Origin: Sphyrna mokarran
Taxonomy: Eukaryota
Length of the DNA: 64,000 bases
Reading direction: 5' to 3'
NCBI GenBank assembly: GCA_024679065.1
Contig: JAGIQG010000016.1
Location: 56,234,001-56,298,000 of the forward strand
Shown in pieces: positions 49,211 to 60,539 of the stretch. Positions within the stretch are counted from its first letter, which is position 1, and each line of letters opens with the position of its first letter. The notes below the pieces were generated by a model. It had not been told where the DNA came from, ran no database searches, and saw nothing but the letters and a program-made list of their open reading frames with translations. The translations under genes and the position numbers were made by a program.

Positions 49211-49800
49211 TATTTGTCATCACAGAACTTGCATTGGCAGAAACCTGACTGAATTATACATGGATTCCTTCAGACTGTCATTTTATGTGAGAGAAAAGCA
49301 AAGCACGTAGTCACACATGCTGAGCAAGTTAACTGAGGATCTAGTCATTTATAAGCTTCAACAGAAAAAGTACTGTGAAAGTTTCATATAAAAAAAATCT
49401 AGCTGCACCATTAATGTCCTCCAGAAATGTTATTCCACAACATGACCTTTTTGGATAATTTTGATTTCAAAAATGGATGGGTTGGTAGGAGGTTGAAGTA
49501 TTAAAAATTGGAGTCCCAATACTTACTTTGCCCATTTCCAGCATTAATGGAGGTGGGATGGATTCTTCCAGGAGGCAGATATCAAGTTAAATAGGGTTTG
49601 TGCATCATATCTACCCACAATTTTATTTTGGCCAGCTATATTCATTGAATTTCAGGAAAACAACCTCCTCCCATTTCTCTTAACTGCTGAAATATTCCAA
49701 ATTGAATACCAGTTGAAAAAAACAGAGGAAGCAATTTTTCTGCCCCGCAGCAGGTCGAGTAGAATAATGGGGTAGGAAATTTCATAGGGAGCCTAAAATT

Positions 49801-50128
49801 GGGGCATGGTAGCACAGTGGTTAACTGCTTCACAATTCCAAGGACTTGGGTTCTATTCCCGGCTCAGGTCACTGTGGAGTTTGCGCATTCTTCCCGTGTC
49901 TGCGTGGGTTTCGTCCAGGTGTTCCAGTTTCCTCCCACAGTCCAAAGATGTGTGGGTTAGGTTGATTGGCCACGCTAAATTAACCCTTAGTGTCCTGGGA
50001 TGCTTAGGTTAGAGGGACTGGCAGTGTAAATATATGAGGAGAGGGCCTGGGTGGGATTGTTATCGGTGCAGACTTGATGGGCCAAATGGCCTCCTTCTGC
50101 ACTACAGGGTTTCAGTGATGATGATTTC
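49801..50128 (+). mobile_element. HE1-type V-SINE (CR1-type tail)
   Basis: Head, V domain and tail. Confidence 0.92.
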
Positions 50129-51743
50129 TAAGCCATACCCTCTAAATATAAAGGGGGTGAGTATCCTCAGTTCCTGCTAGCTGGATCGGGATCATTGTTG
50201 GCCCATTGAATTGGGAATGAGACCAAAATATGATTCTCACTGGACATCAAACCTATTGCCCATCTGTTTGCCTGCTGCACTGTTCCCAATCAGGTTCCCT
50301 CACAGAGTGGGCAGGAACCCTATTACCCTGCACGCTTCCTAATTTGAATATCATCATTGGGCTAGAATCCATTTCTCCAGCCTCCCACAAATCTCCCGTC
50401 CTCAGCCTTTCCCCCGCATTCTCCTCCTCCCCAAGTTGGAAATCCTGCTGGCACCAAACAGTACAGGGCCTGACAACTGTGAACCTGGCACTTTGGATTC
50501 TGAGTGAGGGCAGGTAGGTAAGTTATGAGCCCATGTGCTCCTCTGCCACTGCCAGGCTGCCAAGGGAGATTTTACCCCAAGGAACATGCCTGTGCATTGG
50601 CTGAGGTGAAAGAGTTGAACTTGGGACTCTCTGCCAGGATAGGGCTGTTAGGGTGGACTGTTTCTTCTTGTTCTCTTAAAATGATCTCAGGTAACTTTCT
50701 GTTAAAAACCTTCACTTTTGTCCCAATACTGTAAAACCTTTGAAATGACCTGATCACTTTAATGTACTGAAAACCAGGAAGTCTTGAAAATCACAGCAGC
50801 ACTCCATTCAACACAAGGGATTCCCCTGTTCACTCTCAGAAGCCCCAGGTATGAGCAAACCCATGTGAAGTCTTCTGACTGACAGGAGATGCCAATTTCA
50901 CCAGGGGAATTCCTTTTTGTAGCCTGAGTGAGAAACAGGTGCAGCCTGGCCACTTTGAATTGCTCTGATTGACATCTCCAGAGCAGATCAAACAGTTCTT
51001 CATTGATACAATAAGTTCAGTCCAGTCTAATAAGCCTCAAGTATAGCTGCTCACTCAACCCCATTTTTTCAATACTGCAGTTTTTTTTTCCAATTTTCAA
51101 CCTTCTTAGAAAGCTGAAAGACTTTGAAATGTTTTGTTTGCATTCAATTTCATGCCGTAGAATCTTTTAAGAATCTCCTGATTGATAAGTCTGGGCAAAT
51201 CTCAGTAGGCAGCAGCTTTGTTTCCTTTCAGGGATGATTGAATCTGAAGTACTTCCTCTTTTCTAACTTTTTTTAAAACAGGCTTGTTCTTTGTTCCGAA
51301 GACCTTGGCTCAATTTTTCTTTGACGAGTGTGTCTTCAACCTCTCATACTGGAATAGCATGCCTGCACTGGAAATTGATTTCAGCCACAGAAGAGACTGG
51401 CACCACTTCCACTGTCATCCTGGCACTGGCAGTGTGCTAGGGTGGCACTGCCAAGGTGCCACATCCAGTCTGACACACCCGCACATGATACTCTGTGCTT
51501 GGGCAATACTGGGTGCAGTGTGGGTATCACCCTTTCCTCCTAGGGGTTGTGCTCAGCTATGTACCTCCAGTGAGTTCTCTTGGTCAGATGCAGGTTGTGA
51601 GTGGGTAGAGGGGGTGCTGTCATGATTCACATCGGTGTGAGGGCACATTGACATAAAATGGACAAATTAACATGGGGGAACCACTAGGCATTTATGCATA
51701 TGATATTTAAAGTGAAGCAAATGGGGATCCTGACTTGTAAAAT

Positions 51744-52063
51744 TCATAGAATCCTACAGTGCAGAATGAAGCCATTTGGCTCATTGAATTTGCACCGACC
51801 ACAATCCCATCCAGAGCCAATTCTCATAACCCTGTGCATTTACCCTAGTTAGTTCTTCTGACACTAAGGGGCAATTTATCATGGCCAGTACACCTAAACT
51901 GCACATCTTTGGACTGTGGGAGGAAACCAGAACACCCAGTGGAAACCCACACAGACACAGGAAGAACATACAAACTCCACACATACAGTGGCCCAAGCTT
52001 GGAATTGAATTCGGGACCTTGGCACTGTAGGCAGCAGTGCTAAACACTGCGTCACTGTGCTGC
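51744..52063 (-). mobile_element. HE1-type V-SINE (CR1-type tail)
   Basis: Full-length reverse complement. Confidence 0.92.
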
Positions 52064-52455
52064 CTGTGGGGATCTTTATTTCAGTAATTGTTAAATCCAT
52101 ATTTGGCTCAGAAACATCAGGTGTGGAAGTGACTCTTTGAAATGATGGAATGTGCTTGAACCAGAACTTTCAAGCCTCATTACATCGAGCAATGTTTTTT
52201 TTAAGACAACCTCTTTCTGTCTGTCATTGTGTTATATAATGCCAGCTCCATTTAAATTTGTACGTTTAACAACTGCATTGCTGTGTGATTAAGAGGTTGC
52301 GATGTTTCCAGCAGTTTACATTGCCAATATTGCTTGAATATTTTAAACCCTCAGTAATGAAAGTAAATTGACCTAATTTTTCTGCTTGACTTGCAAGTCT
52401 TACTAAGTTGTAATGCATTTTGTTGAACGTGAGGAGCTATAAGATAGAATGATTA

Positions 52456-53338
52456 TGTGTTGGGATTTTATCTTTAATTCAAGGGTAAAATGGAGTAGTG
52501 AGAAGGGTCACATGATTGGCTTTGAATCCTGCCCAATAGCGTAGCCAGGTTACCATGGGGATAGGAGCACCGAGGGTGAGACTTGCTGAGCAAGGTGTGA
52601 AGTTATTATACCTAAAAACAAAGGCAAAAGCAGCTAAGTAGACTTTCTGGTTGGGACTTTCTGCCTGCCCTCACCCCAAGACCGGAAGTTCCCTCCTGAG
52701 GTCAACAGATAATGCATGGTGACGGGCTGGACAGGAAAGCTCTGTCCTCTGAGACTTAGATAGAGAGAGAGAAAAAGAGTTTTTGCAGAGAGACAAAAGG
52801 ATGCAGCAAGTATGATCAGCAGAGAGGTGAATTTGGCCTTTGTGTGGAATACCGGGTGGAATGCTGGATGGAACAAGATCTTTAATTGAAGAAATGCAAC
52901 TTGTGACAATCTAAAGACTCTGAAAGAATGGTCCTGATATGGCCAGTGGAAGGAATTGCTGGAATGGGCCTTATTACTGGTCATTTCATGAAACTGAGGG
53001 GAGCACTCTTTTGATGATCACTTGTTGAAACAGCAAGAAGTGAAACCATTGGACACTGAGAGTGATTTTGGACCAGTTCCTGTAAAAACTGCAGTTTCAC
53101 AGAGATTGGGTGATGTATAAGTCTGACATGGATTTTTAATTTGTGTTAAAAATTAAAAGAACATATCTTTGCCACAGTTTAAATCTATTAAGGAGTGTTT
53201 AGTCAATGTTGCTTTTAGATTGTTTGTAACAGTAATAGTCTTAAAACCGGAAATATTCTCGTGTAATTCCTTAATTGTTCACTGGGACTTCAAATATCTT
53301 TTTAAAAGTTATCAGTCTGCACGAGGATTGTCACAACA
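52456..53338 (+). mobile_element. Solo LTR-like element
   Basis: tgtgttg...cacaaca termini and internal AG-rich tract; composition like the other solo LTRs. Confidence 0.5.
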
Positions 53339-54470
53339 TTTTCTTTTGGAAGCTGAATGTCTGACATATGTAGAAACTCATCATTATATTTAAGAGTCTC
53401 TGATTCAAGCCAATGAGATTTCTGATTGCCTAACATGCAATGCAGAAATCTCTCTTGTAGTAACACACGTCATTTACCTAAGTCCAGAGCACTGGATTTA
53501 GTGCTGTCTGGCAAGCCACATTTTATAAAGCCACCAAGTATACACAAGTAATGCTCAAGAATATCCAACTAAATCCACGCAGCTTACTTTTACCAAAAGA
53601 AAGAATCAATATGTCTTTCATTGCTTCTGAAGTTCGGACCACCCTAATTCAGTAAAACTTTGGCTAGTCTAATTGGGAAGGGCTGCAGCTCCCACTGAGT
53701 TTTTATCTCTTCACATTCTACGAATGAGTGGGTTTAATTGATCAATTGTCAACAGTACCTTAATGTACTGTCTGTTTTAACTCTGGAATTTTCCATCTGG
53801 AAGATTAGCTTCCAATGCTTAGCATGGCACCTTAACAAACTTCCATAGGAACAGGAGGATAACATTCAGCTCATCAAGCCTGTTCCACTATGCAATGTGA
53901 TCTATATCTAGAACCTGCGTTTGCCCTATATCGCTCAATATATTTAACTAGAGCAAAAACCTATCTCAATTTTAAAATTAGCACAGGCAAAGCATCTTAA
54001 ATGCTGCTGATCTCTCTTACCCTGAGCAATATGGTGACTAGTTGGTTGCTAAACAACTAAGAAGAGTAGGTTTTAGTGCGTACTACATGAACAGTCAATG
54101 TACCCCATTGAATAATCTTACAAAGTGTGTGAACTTCAGTGACACAACTCAGTTAGGACAGGTATTTTAGAACCGGGAAGGTCGAGGCTTTTGGCTTGTT
54201 TGATTCCAGGCTAGACAGTTATTAATCAAAAGCAAAATACTGTGATTGTTGGAAATCAGAAATAAAGAGAGAAAATGGTGGAAATACCCAGCAGGTCAGA
54301 GAGCATCTGTAGAGGTACTCTACAGATCTCTAGTATCTAGATGTACTAGGTTTAGTACTCGAATTCCACGCCTTGCCTTCCATGGAATCAGAGCAGGTGA
54401 GAGACAGACAACGGAAATGTCTCAGGCGAGAATTTTTGGTCTCGCTTGAGCGATTTTAGATCAGTAGTGA

Positions 54471-54780
54471 GGCAGCATGGTGGTACAATGGTTAACACTG
54501 CTGTCTCACAGCGCCAGAGACCAAAGTTCAATTCTAGCCTCAGGAGACTGTCTGTGTGGAGTTTACGCATTCTCCGTATGTATGCGTGGGTTTCCTCTGG
54601 GGTGCACCTGTTTCCTCCTACAATCTGAAAAATGTGCTGGTTAGGGTGCATTGACCATGCTAAATTCTTCCCCAGAGTACCCAACAAGCGCTGGAGTGTG
54701 GCAATTAGGGGATTTTCACAGCAACTTCATTGCAGTGTTAATGTAAGCCTACATATGACTCATAACTAAATTTTAACTTT
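54471..54780 (+). mobile_element. V-SINE with tail 2
   Basis: Head, V domain and tail 2. Confidence 0.9.
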
Positions 54781-54999
54781 TAGTCTTTCACTAGAACAGA
54801 TGAAGTGAGTCATCAACTGTATAAAGAATTTCAAACAAAGCTTATAATTGCAGAGCACAAAACAGAATGCAGGATAATCAGACTATTGACCTGGGCATAC
54901 TGGATTGACTATTTTCATGTGTCTTTTTGTTCTTTTTGTTGGCAGTCGACAGTTCTCAACACTGATGGGTTCCCAATGACACTGCAATGCCCTTTGTCT

Positions 55000-56300
55000 G
55001 CTTCTCAAGCTTTGCTTTGCACTTTCTAGTGCATTGATAAACACCTTGCCATGAATGGACAATCTCAGTTGTTTTTGAAGATTGATCCATACAGGAAATA
55101 TTTTAATTCAGACTAATTGAAAAATTGAGATGAAAGAATGATCTTTCTTTCTTCAAAGTGTGCTTTAAAAATGCTGTGTACAAAAAAGCCATTTTAGTCA
55201 GCTCTCCCTTAATGTACTTCAAACAGAACTACCATTAGGATATCTGCAATCTCGGGCTAAATCTCTGCAGATTGGTGTTACAGCTACCATTAGCTGTCTA
55301 AAATAGTGATTGATATTCTGACTGTAGTCCAAGGGAAATATACCCCATCTCCAAGAAGGTCAACTGTTCAGTTAAAAGGCTTTCCTTAACTGGAGCTGAG
55401 ATCTACATTTCAGGAACGATTTTCAAGTTTCTATTTGTGCTACATCCCTGACTCAAACCTATCATTTACCACAGTAGAAATGATCAGCAGAAACATGCCT
55501 TGATTTACAAAGTGGTTCACGTTTTCAGGCTCTTGTAAAGCCTCATAAGCCGCCTTGTCAGCTGTCAAAATGAGACAGCTTCCCAGTATATTTTTTCTTT
55601 TACTCTGGACATAAATTCATTCTCCAGTGGCTTTACGGTAGCCAGTCTTGAGGTTAGACAAGTTGAAGGTTAGACTGCAATAACTAATTGCTGTAAAAGT
55701 CAGAACTTATTGTTGTACAATATGCATACTTTTCCATTTAATGGGACAAAAGTGGCTATATGTTATTGCTGCCTTTAGTTTTAATAAGAACACGTCATCA
55801 CAAAGGATAACGTATTTTATAAGTGGCAGAATTGCACTGCCCTAGTATTGATAGCTGATCTGGTTCATTTTCCTGACCCTCTTCATTTCCAAGTGCCTCA
55901 CTTAACTGCCTGCTATGCGAAACCTTTTTTTAAAAAACAAATCCACTGCATTGTACAACTCTGAACATTTTTTAGCTGTGCAGCCGTCATCGATCAATTG
56001 TTACCTATTTGCCCAAGTGTTCGAACTGGATAGCAGCCAGGACAGAAGCAAGGAATAGCAAATATTGCAACCTGATCACTGTCAACAGCCTCTGTTATAT
56101 TCCCAACTGCTACTGGTTTTTCTGCATAACAATTAGTTCTTGTTTTGCCATTTCAGGAATAATAACAAATATAGCAAAGCATAATTGAAAAGTGTTCATC
56201 ATATAAATAGAATGCTGCTATGTAGACAATGCAATACACTCAGGCTATAACAATTGAATCAATTGCGTGTCATCAAAATTGCATATGAATGGGATTTGTT
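55000..56300. promoter_or_regulatory. Repeat-free island, candidate enhancer/CNE
   Basis: TGATTTAC 55501, TTGTCAGCTGTCAA 55555, ATCGATCAATTGTT near 55989. Confidence 0.38.
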
Positions 56301-56314
56301 CTTTTCACAAATAA

Positions 56315-56835
56315 AGGTAGGGGAGTTCTTCTGGGTGTTCCGATCAATATTCAACCAGTGTCTTTTAAAAACAGATCATTTGGCGGCACAGTGGTTAGCA
56401 CTGCTGCCTCACAGCGCCAGGGACCTGGGTTCAATTCTGGCCTTGGGTCACTCTCCATGTGGAGTCTGCACATTCTCCTTGTGTCTGTGTGGGTTTCCTC
56501 TGGGTGTTCCAGTTTCCTCCTACAGTCCAAAGATGTGCAGGTTAGGTTGATTGGCCATGATAAATTGACTCGTGTGTCAGGTAGATTAGCAGGGTAAATA
56601 TATGAGATTAGAAGAGTGGGGCCTGGGTGGGATTATGGTCAGTGCAAACTGGGTGGACTGAATGACTTCCTTCTGCACTGTAAGGATTCTATGATTCTGT
56701 TATTCATTTGGCTGTTATTAATTTGCTGTTTGTGGAATCTTAATGTGCACGAACTGACTGTTGCATTTCTTAGAATGATTACACTTCAAAAGTACTTAAT
56801 TGTCTGGATGACCCTATGGTCATGGAAGACCACAT
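56315..56835 (+). mobile_element. Deu-domain SINE split by an HE1 insertion
   Basis: ggggagttcttctgggtgttc..aaaaacagatcatttggc, then after the HE1 ttgctgtttgtggaatctt..acacttcaaaagtactt. Confidence 0.65.
56381..56700 (+). mobile_element. HE1-type V-SINE (CR1-type tail)
   Basis: Full-length; flanked by tcatttggc direct repeat. Confidence 0.93.
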
Positions 56836-56872
56836 AAATATGTGCATTTGTGTGTCTGTGTACATGTACATG

Positions 56873-57044
56873 GTAAGAAGTCTGACAACACCAGTTTTAA
56901 ATCCAACTGATTTATTTGATAGTAAACTCGCAAGCTTTCGATTCTATGGTCTTTGTCAGGCTATCAAATAAATCGGTTGGATTTAAAACTGGTGTTGTCA
57001 GACTTCTTACTGTGTTTACCCCAGTCCAATGCCAGCATCTCTAC
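56873..57044 (+). mobile_element. Penelope-like fold-back mini-insertion
   Basis: Arms 56873-56922 and 56961-57010 (49/50), antisense hammerhead in the loop, TSD tacatgtacatg. Confidence 0.85.
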
Positions 57045-57094
57045 TACATGTACATGCACAGATATACATGTGCACACAAATGACCAAGTGTATT

Positions 57095-58080
57095 ATCAGG
57101 GTGACAGAGCAAATATCAAATTAATGAATAGCAGGGAATAAATTTTTCACTGTTTGGAATCGTACCTTGTCCAAAGGAAGATGGTCCTGGTTGTTGGGGG
57201 TCAATTATTTCAGTCCCAGAAAATCAGTGCAGGAGTTTTTCACCGTAGTATTTTAGAGCCAACCATCTTCCGCTGCTTCACAATGATCTTCCCTCCATAT
57301 GAATGTCAAAAGTGAGAATGTGCAACCATCAGTAAACAGCATTCAGCACCATTCAGAGTCCTCAGATACTTAAACAGTCCATGTCCACATGTAGCAAGAC
57401 CTGGACAATATTGAGGCTTGGGCTGATATGTGGCAAATAGCATTCTTGCCAACTAGTGCCAGGCAATGACCATCTCCAGTGAGAGAGAATCTAACCATTT
57501 TCTTGTGATATTCAATGAAATTACTGAATCCCCCATTATCAGCATCCTGAGGATTACCATTGAACAGAAACTGAACCAGCCATATAAATACTGTGGTTGC
57601 AAGAACAGGTCAGAGGTTGGAAATTTTGCAACAAGTAATTCTCCCCCTGACTCCCCAGAGCCTATCTACCATCAAATCACTAGTCAGGAATGCAATGGAA
57701 TAATCTCCACTTGCTTGAATCAAAGTCAAAGCAGCCCATTGCAGCAGCCCGTCCACCACCATCAGTGCATTATATGTGCCATTCACAAGATGCATTGCAG
57801 AAGTTCGCCAAGGCTGTTTTGATGGCAGATTCTAATTTTGTGACCTCTGCGACCTTGAAGAACAACAACTACAGATGTATGGGAATAACACATCCTAGAA
57901 GTTCTCCTCTAAGTCACGTGCTATCCTGTCTTGGGACTATATCACTTGTTTCTTCATTGTCACTGGGTAGAAGTCCTGGAGTTTCCTCCCTAACTACACT
58001 GTGGATTCTATAAAGCATCTCAACAGCACTTCTTAGGGGTAGTTATGGAAGTCAGTAAATGCTGGCCTTGTTAGTAATAT
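57095..58080 (+). mobile_element. Decayed CR1-group LINE of a second lineage; probable partner of family-3 SINEs
   Basis: LESYLVQRKMVLVVGGQ..ISAGVFHRSILEPTIFRCF (GVPQGSVLGP-like) and QDLDNIEAWADMWQIAF; tail gtaaatgctggcc. Confidence 0.8.
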
Positions 58081-58096
58081 CCTAGTCAGTAATATT

Positions 58097-58392
58097 GGGG
58101 TGGCACAGTGGTTACTACTGGTGCCTCACAGTGCCAGGGATCCAAATTTGATTCCCACCTCGGGGGGATTGTCTGTGCAGAGTCTGCATGTTCTCCCTGT
58201 GCCTGCATGGGTTTTGTCCAGCTTCTTCCCACAATCTGAAAGATGTGTTGGTTAGGTGTATTGGCCATGCTAAATTCTTCCTTAGTGTAACTGAAAAGGC
58301 ATCGGACTGTGGCAACTGTGGGATTTTCAAAGGAACTTCATTGCAGTGTTATGTATGCCTATTTGTTGCACTAATAAATAAACTAAAAAAAA
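58097..58392 (+). mobile_element. V-SINE with tail 2
   Basis: Head, V domain and tail 2. Confidence 0.9.
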
Positions 58393-59228
58393 TACATGCA
58401 ATGAATGAACTTTTTAAAAGATTATGTCATGAATATTAGTGAATGAATGCTTACATTTGGTTAGTTTTACTGCAGCCTAACAATTTCATTAAAATAATGG
58501 ACTAAGAGATTTCATGTTTGTAAGTAGTTTTGCTTTATATTGTCCAAGACATAATTTCAGGGTTGCAACGTTCAGCAAAACCTTAGTTGGTATGGCAATG
58601 CAACAGCTGCTTTTGTTTCTAACCCTCTGGAACATTCTCTGTGACTGTCGCATTCAACACAAGGGACCCTGGACTGTCACTGCAACAATATGCTTGTTCT
58701 CATCAGGTGGCTCTTCTGTGTTCAATTAGCAATATTCAAGTATAATATGTGTCACTAGCCTATGTTTAAACATGGATAAATAAAGTTTAACTCCCCAGTG
58801 AACAACAGGAACTTGTTAAAGCATCTTTATATTTTTGAAAGCTTTTCAGGAAAGGAAGTCAATGCTGGAAATCATCCATCACTGAGAATCAGGAATGAAT
58901 TTACAGCATTGAATGTAGGCCAGTCCAACGCAAACAACTAAGTTTCTGAGACATGTTAAATGGGACAATTTAAAGACTAGAATTTGGTCTCCTTAAAGGA
59001 AACATTTCAGCAAAAAGAATGATATTAGTCCTGTTTTTTTGAAAAACGAAAGTACAGTTTGGTACAGAAATTGTGATGCTGGCCAAAAGAGAGATAGGGA
59101 GTTAATGGCCTTTAGAGGAGAAAATCTGCTGTCCTTATCTAGTCTGGGCAAAATGTGACTCCATATCCACAGCTATGTGGCTAACTCTCAATTGCCCTTC
59201 GGCAATTAGGGATGGGCAATAAATGCTG

Positions 59229-59447
59229 TAAGAAGCCTGACAATACCAGGTTTAAATCCAACTGATTTATTTGATGGTGAACTCACAAGCTTTCAAGCCT
59301 CTGGTCTTTGTCAGGTCTTTCACCTGACGAAGACCAAGAGGCTCGAAAGCTTGTGAGTTTACTATCAAATAAATCGGTTGGATTTAAACCTGGTGTTGTC
59401 AGACTTCTTACTATGTTTACCCCAGTCCAACGCCTGCATCTCTACAT
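59229..59447 (+). mobile_element. Penelope-like fold-back mini-insertion
   Basis: Arms 59228-59316 and 59322-59411 (about 91%), TSD caataaatgctg at 59217-59228 and 59448-59459. Confidence 0.88.
59320..59356 (+). ncRNA. Minimal type-I hammerhead ribozyme motif (Penelope-associated)
   Basis: UCAC-CUGACGA-A-GACC(AAGA)GG.UC-GAAA-GCU-U-GUGA; stem I UCAC/GUGA; palindromic AAGCUU at helix III. Confidence 0.65.
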
Positions 59448-59818
59448 CAATAAATGCTGGCCAGCCAGCGACACCCATGTCCCACGAATGAATTAAAAAA
59501 AAATTCACTTAAACATTGAAACTTTGTATGTGCATGTCCCAGATTGGCTTTGGGAAGTACAGTGTTTCAGTCATTATACTTGCAAATATTTCATGCTATA
59601 AAGTGACAAAATGTTAATTCCCAACCATGTTTTCAAGTCAGCCAAAATAAAATCTCAATCCTGAAGTAGTTTTAGAACAGAAACTTCAGTTGCAGCTCAG
59701 CATTCTTTAAGTTAACCACACGTTAAAGAGTTAAGCAAGTTTGATCTTAAAATCAAAATGTTAATATTATGACTACCCAGCATAAATTTGCATTATTATT
59801 TTGTTACTTACTTTGCAG

Positions 59819-59974
59819 GTCTTTGACCTCACTTGGCATCAAGTGCCTGTTCTGCCAACCTACTCAGTTTGACGTGCTTTTGGAAGTACTGCAGTTCTAC
59901 ATTGAAGACTTCTGACAAAGTAACCCAGTGTAACCAACAGAAAAACAAGCTACCAGTTGATGCTTACTCATCAG
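59819..59974 (+). other. Candidate non-coding or UTR exon (156 nt)
   Basis: Acceptor ttattattttgttacttactttgcag|G and donor CAG|gtgagt; stops in all three frames. Confidence 0.4.
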
Positions 59975-60041
59975 GTGAGTGCAAATGCCTCACCTGCATA
60001 ACCAACCACATCACCATTATAAACAGATCTCTTCTCTCTCG

Positions 60042-60071
60042 CCCCCCCCCCCCCCCCCACCCCCCACCCCC
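60042..60071. repeat. C17-A-C6-A-C5 tract; G-quadruplex potential on the minus strand
   Basis: Read directly from the sequence. Confidence 0.9.
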
Positions 60072-60539
60072 AACCACCAAGCAACATTTAGATGCAGACA
60101 TGCTTAGGAGATGATGAGAAAATAAAACAAGTGCTTTATGCTGCTCCACTGAGTTTGGTCTGCTTTTGAGCCTCGAGGAATGACTTACAGGTACACAGAG
60201 TGAGATGTGACAAGAAAATAAATGACCTAAATTCCAACTTGTCTTTTTTGAGCTGTTTGGTACTGTTCTTAATAAAAATCTTTCTGGAGCTATGCTGCAT
60301 AGTTTGTGGAGACCAGTCATGATTCATGCAGAGTTCCTGTTGTGCCCAAGGGTCGGAGAATCCAGGAACAGGGAGCATCTGGCTTGAAATTAACTATGCA
60401 TATTTAAATATGTTAATCTGGTTCCCAGCCAGAGAGGGCCAGAATCAGATTATAACTAGGTGTGCATGTTGGGAAAATCGCAAAGGTGTTTCAAACTGCC
60501 AATAAATGCACCCATCCCCTCCCCAAGGATTCTTCGACC

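Larger units (their letters stand above)
59100..59503 (+). mobile_element. Family-3 SINE 3' part hosting a Penelope insertion
   Basis: ggcaattagggatgggcaataaatgctg, insert, gccagccagcgacacccatgtccc. Confidence 0.85.
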
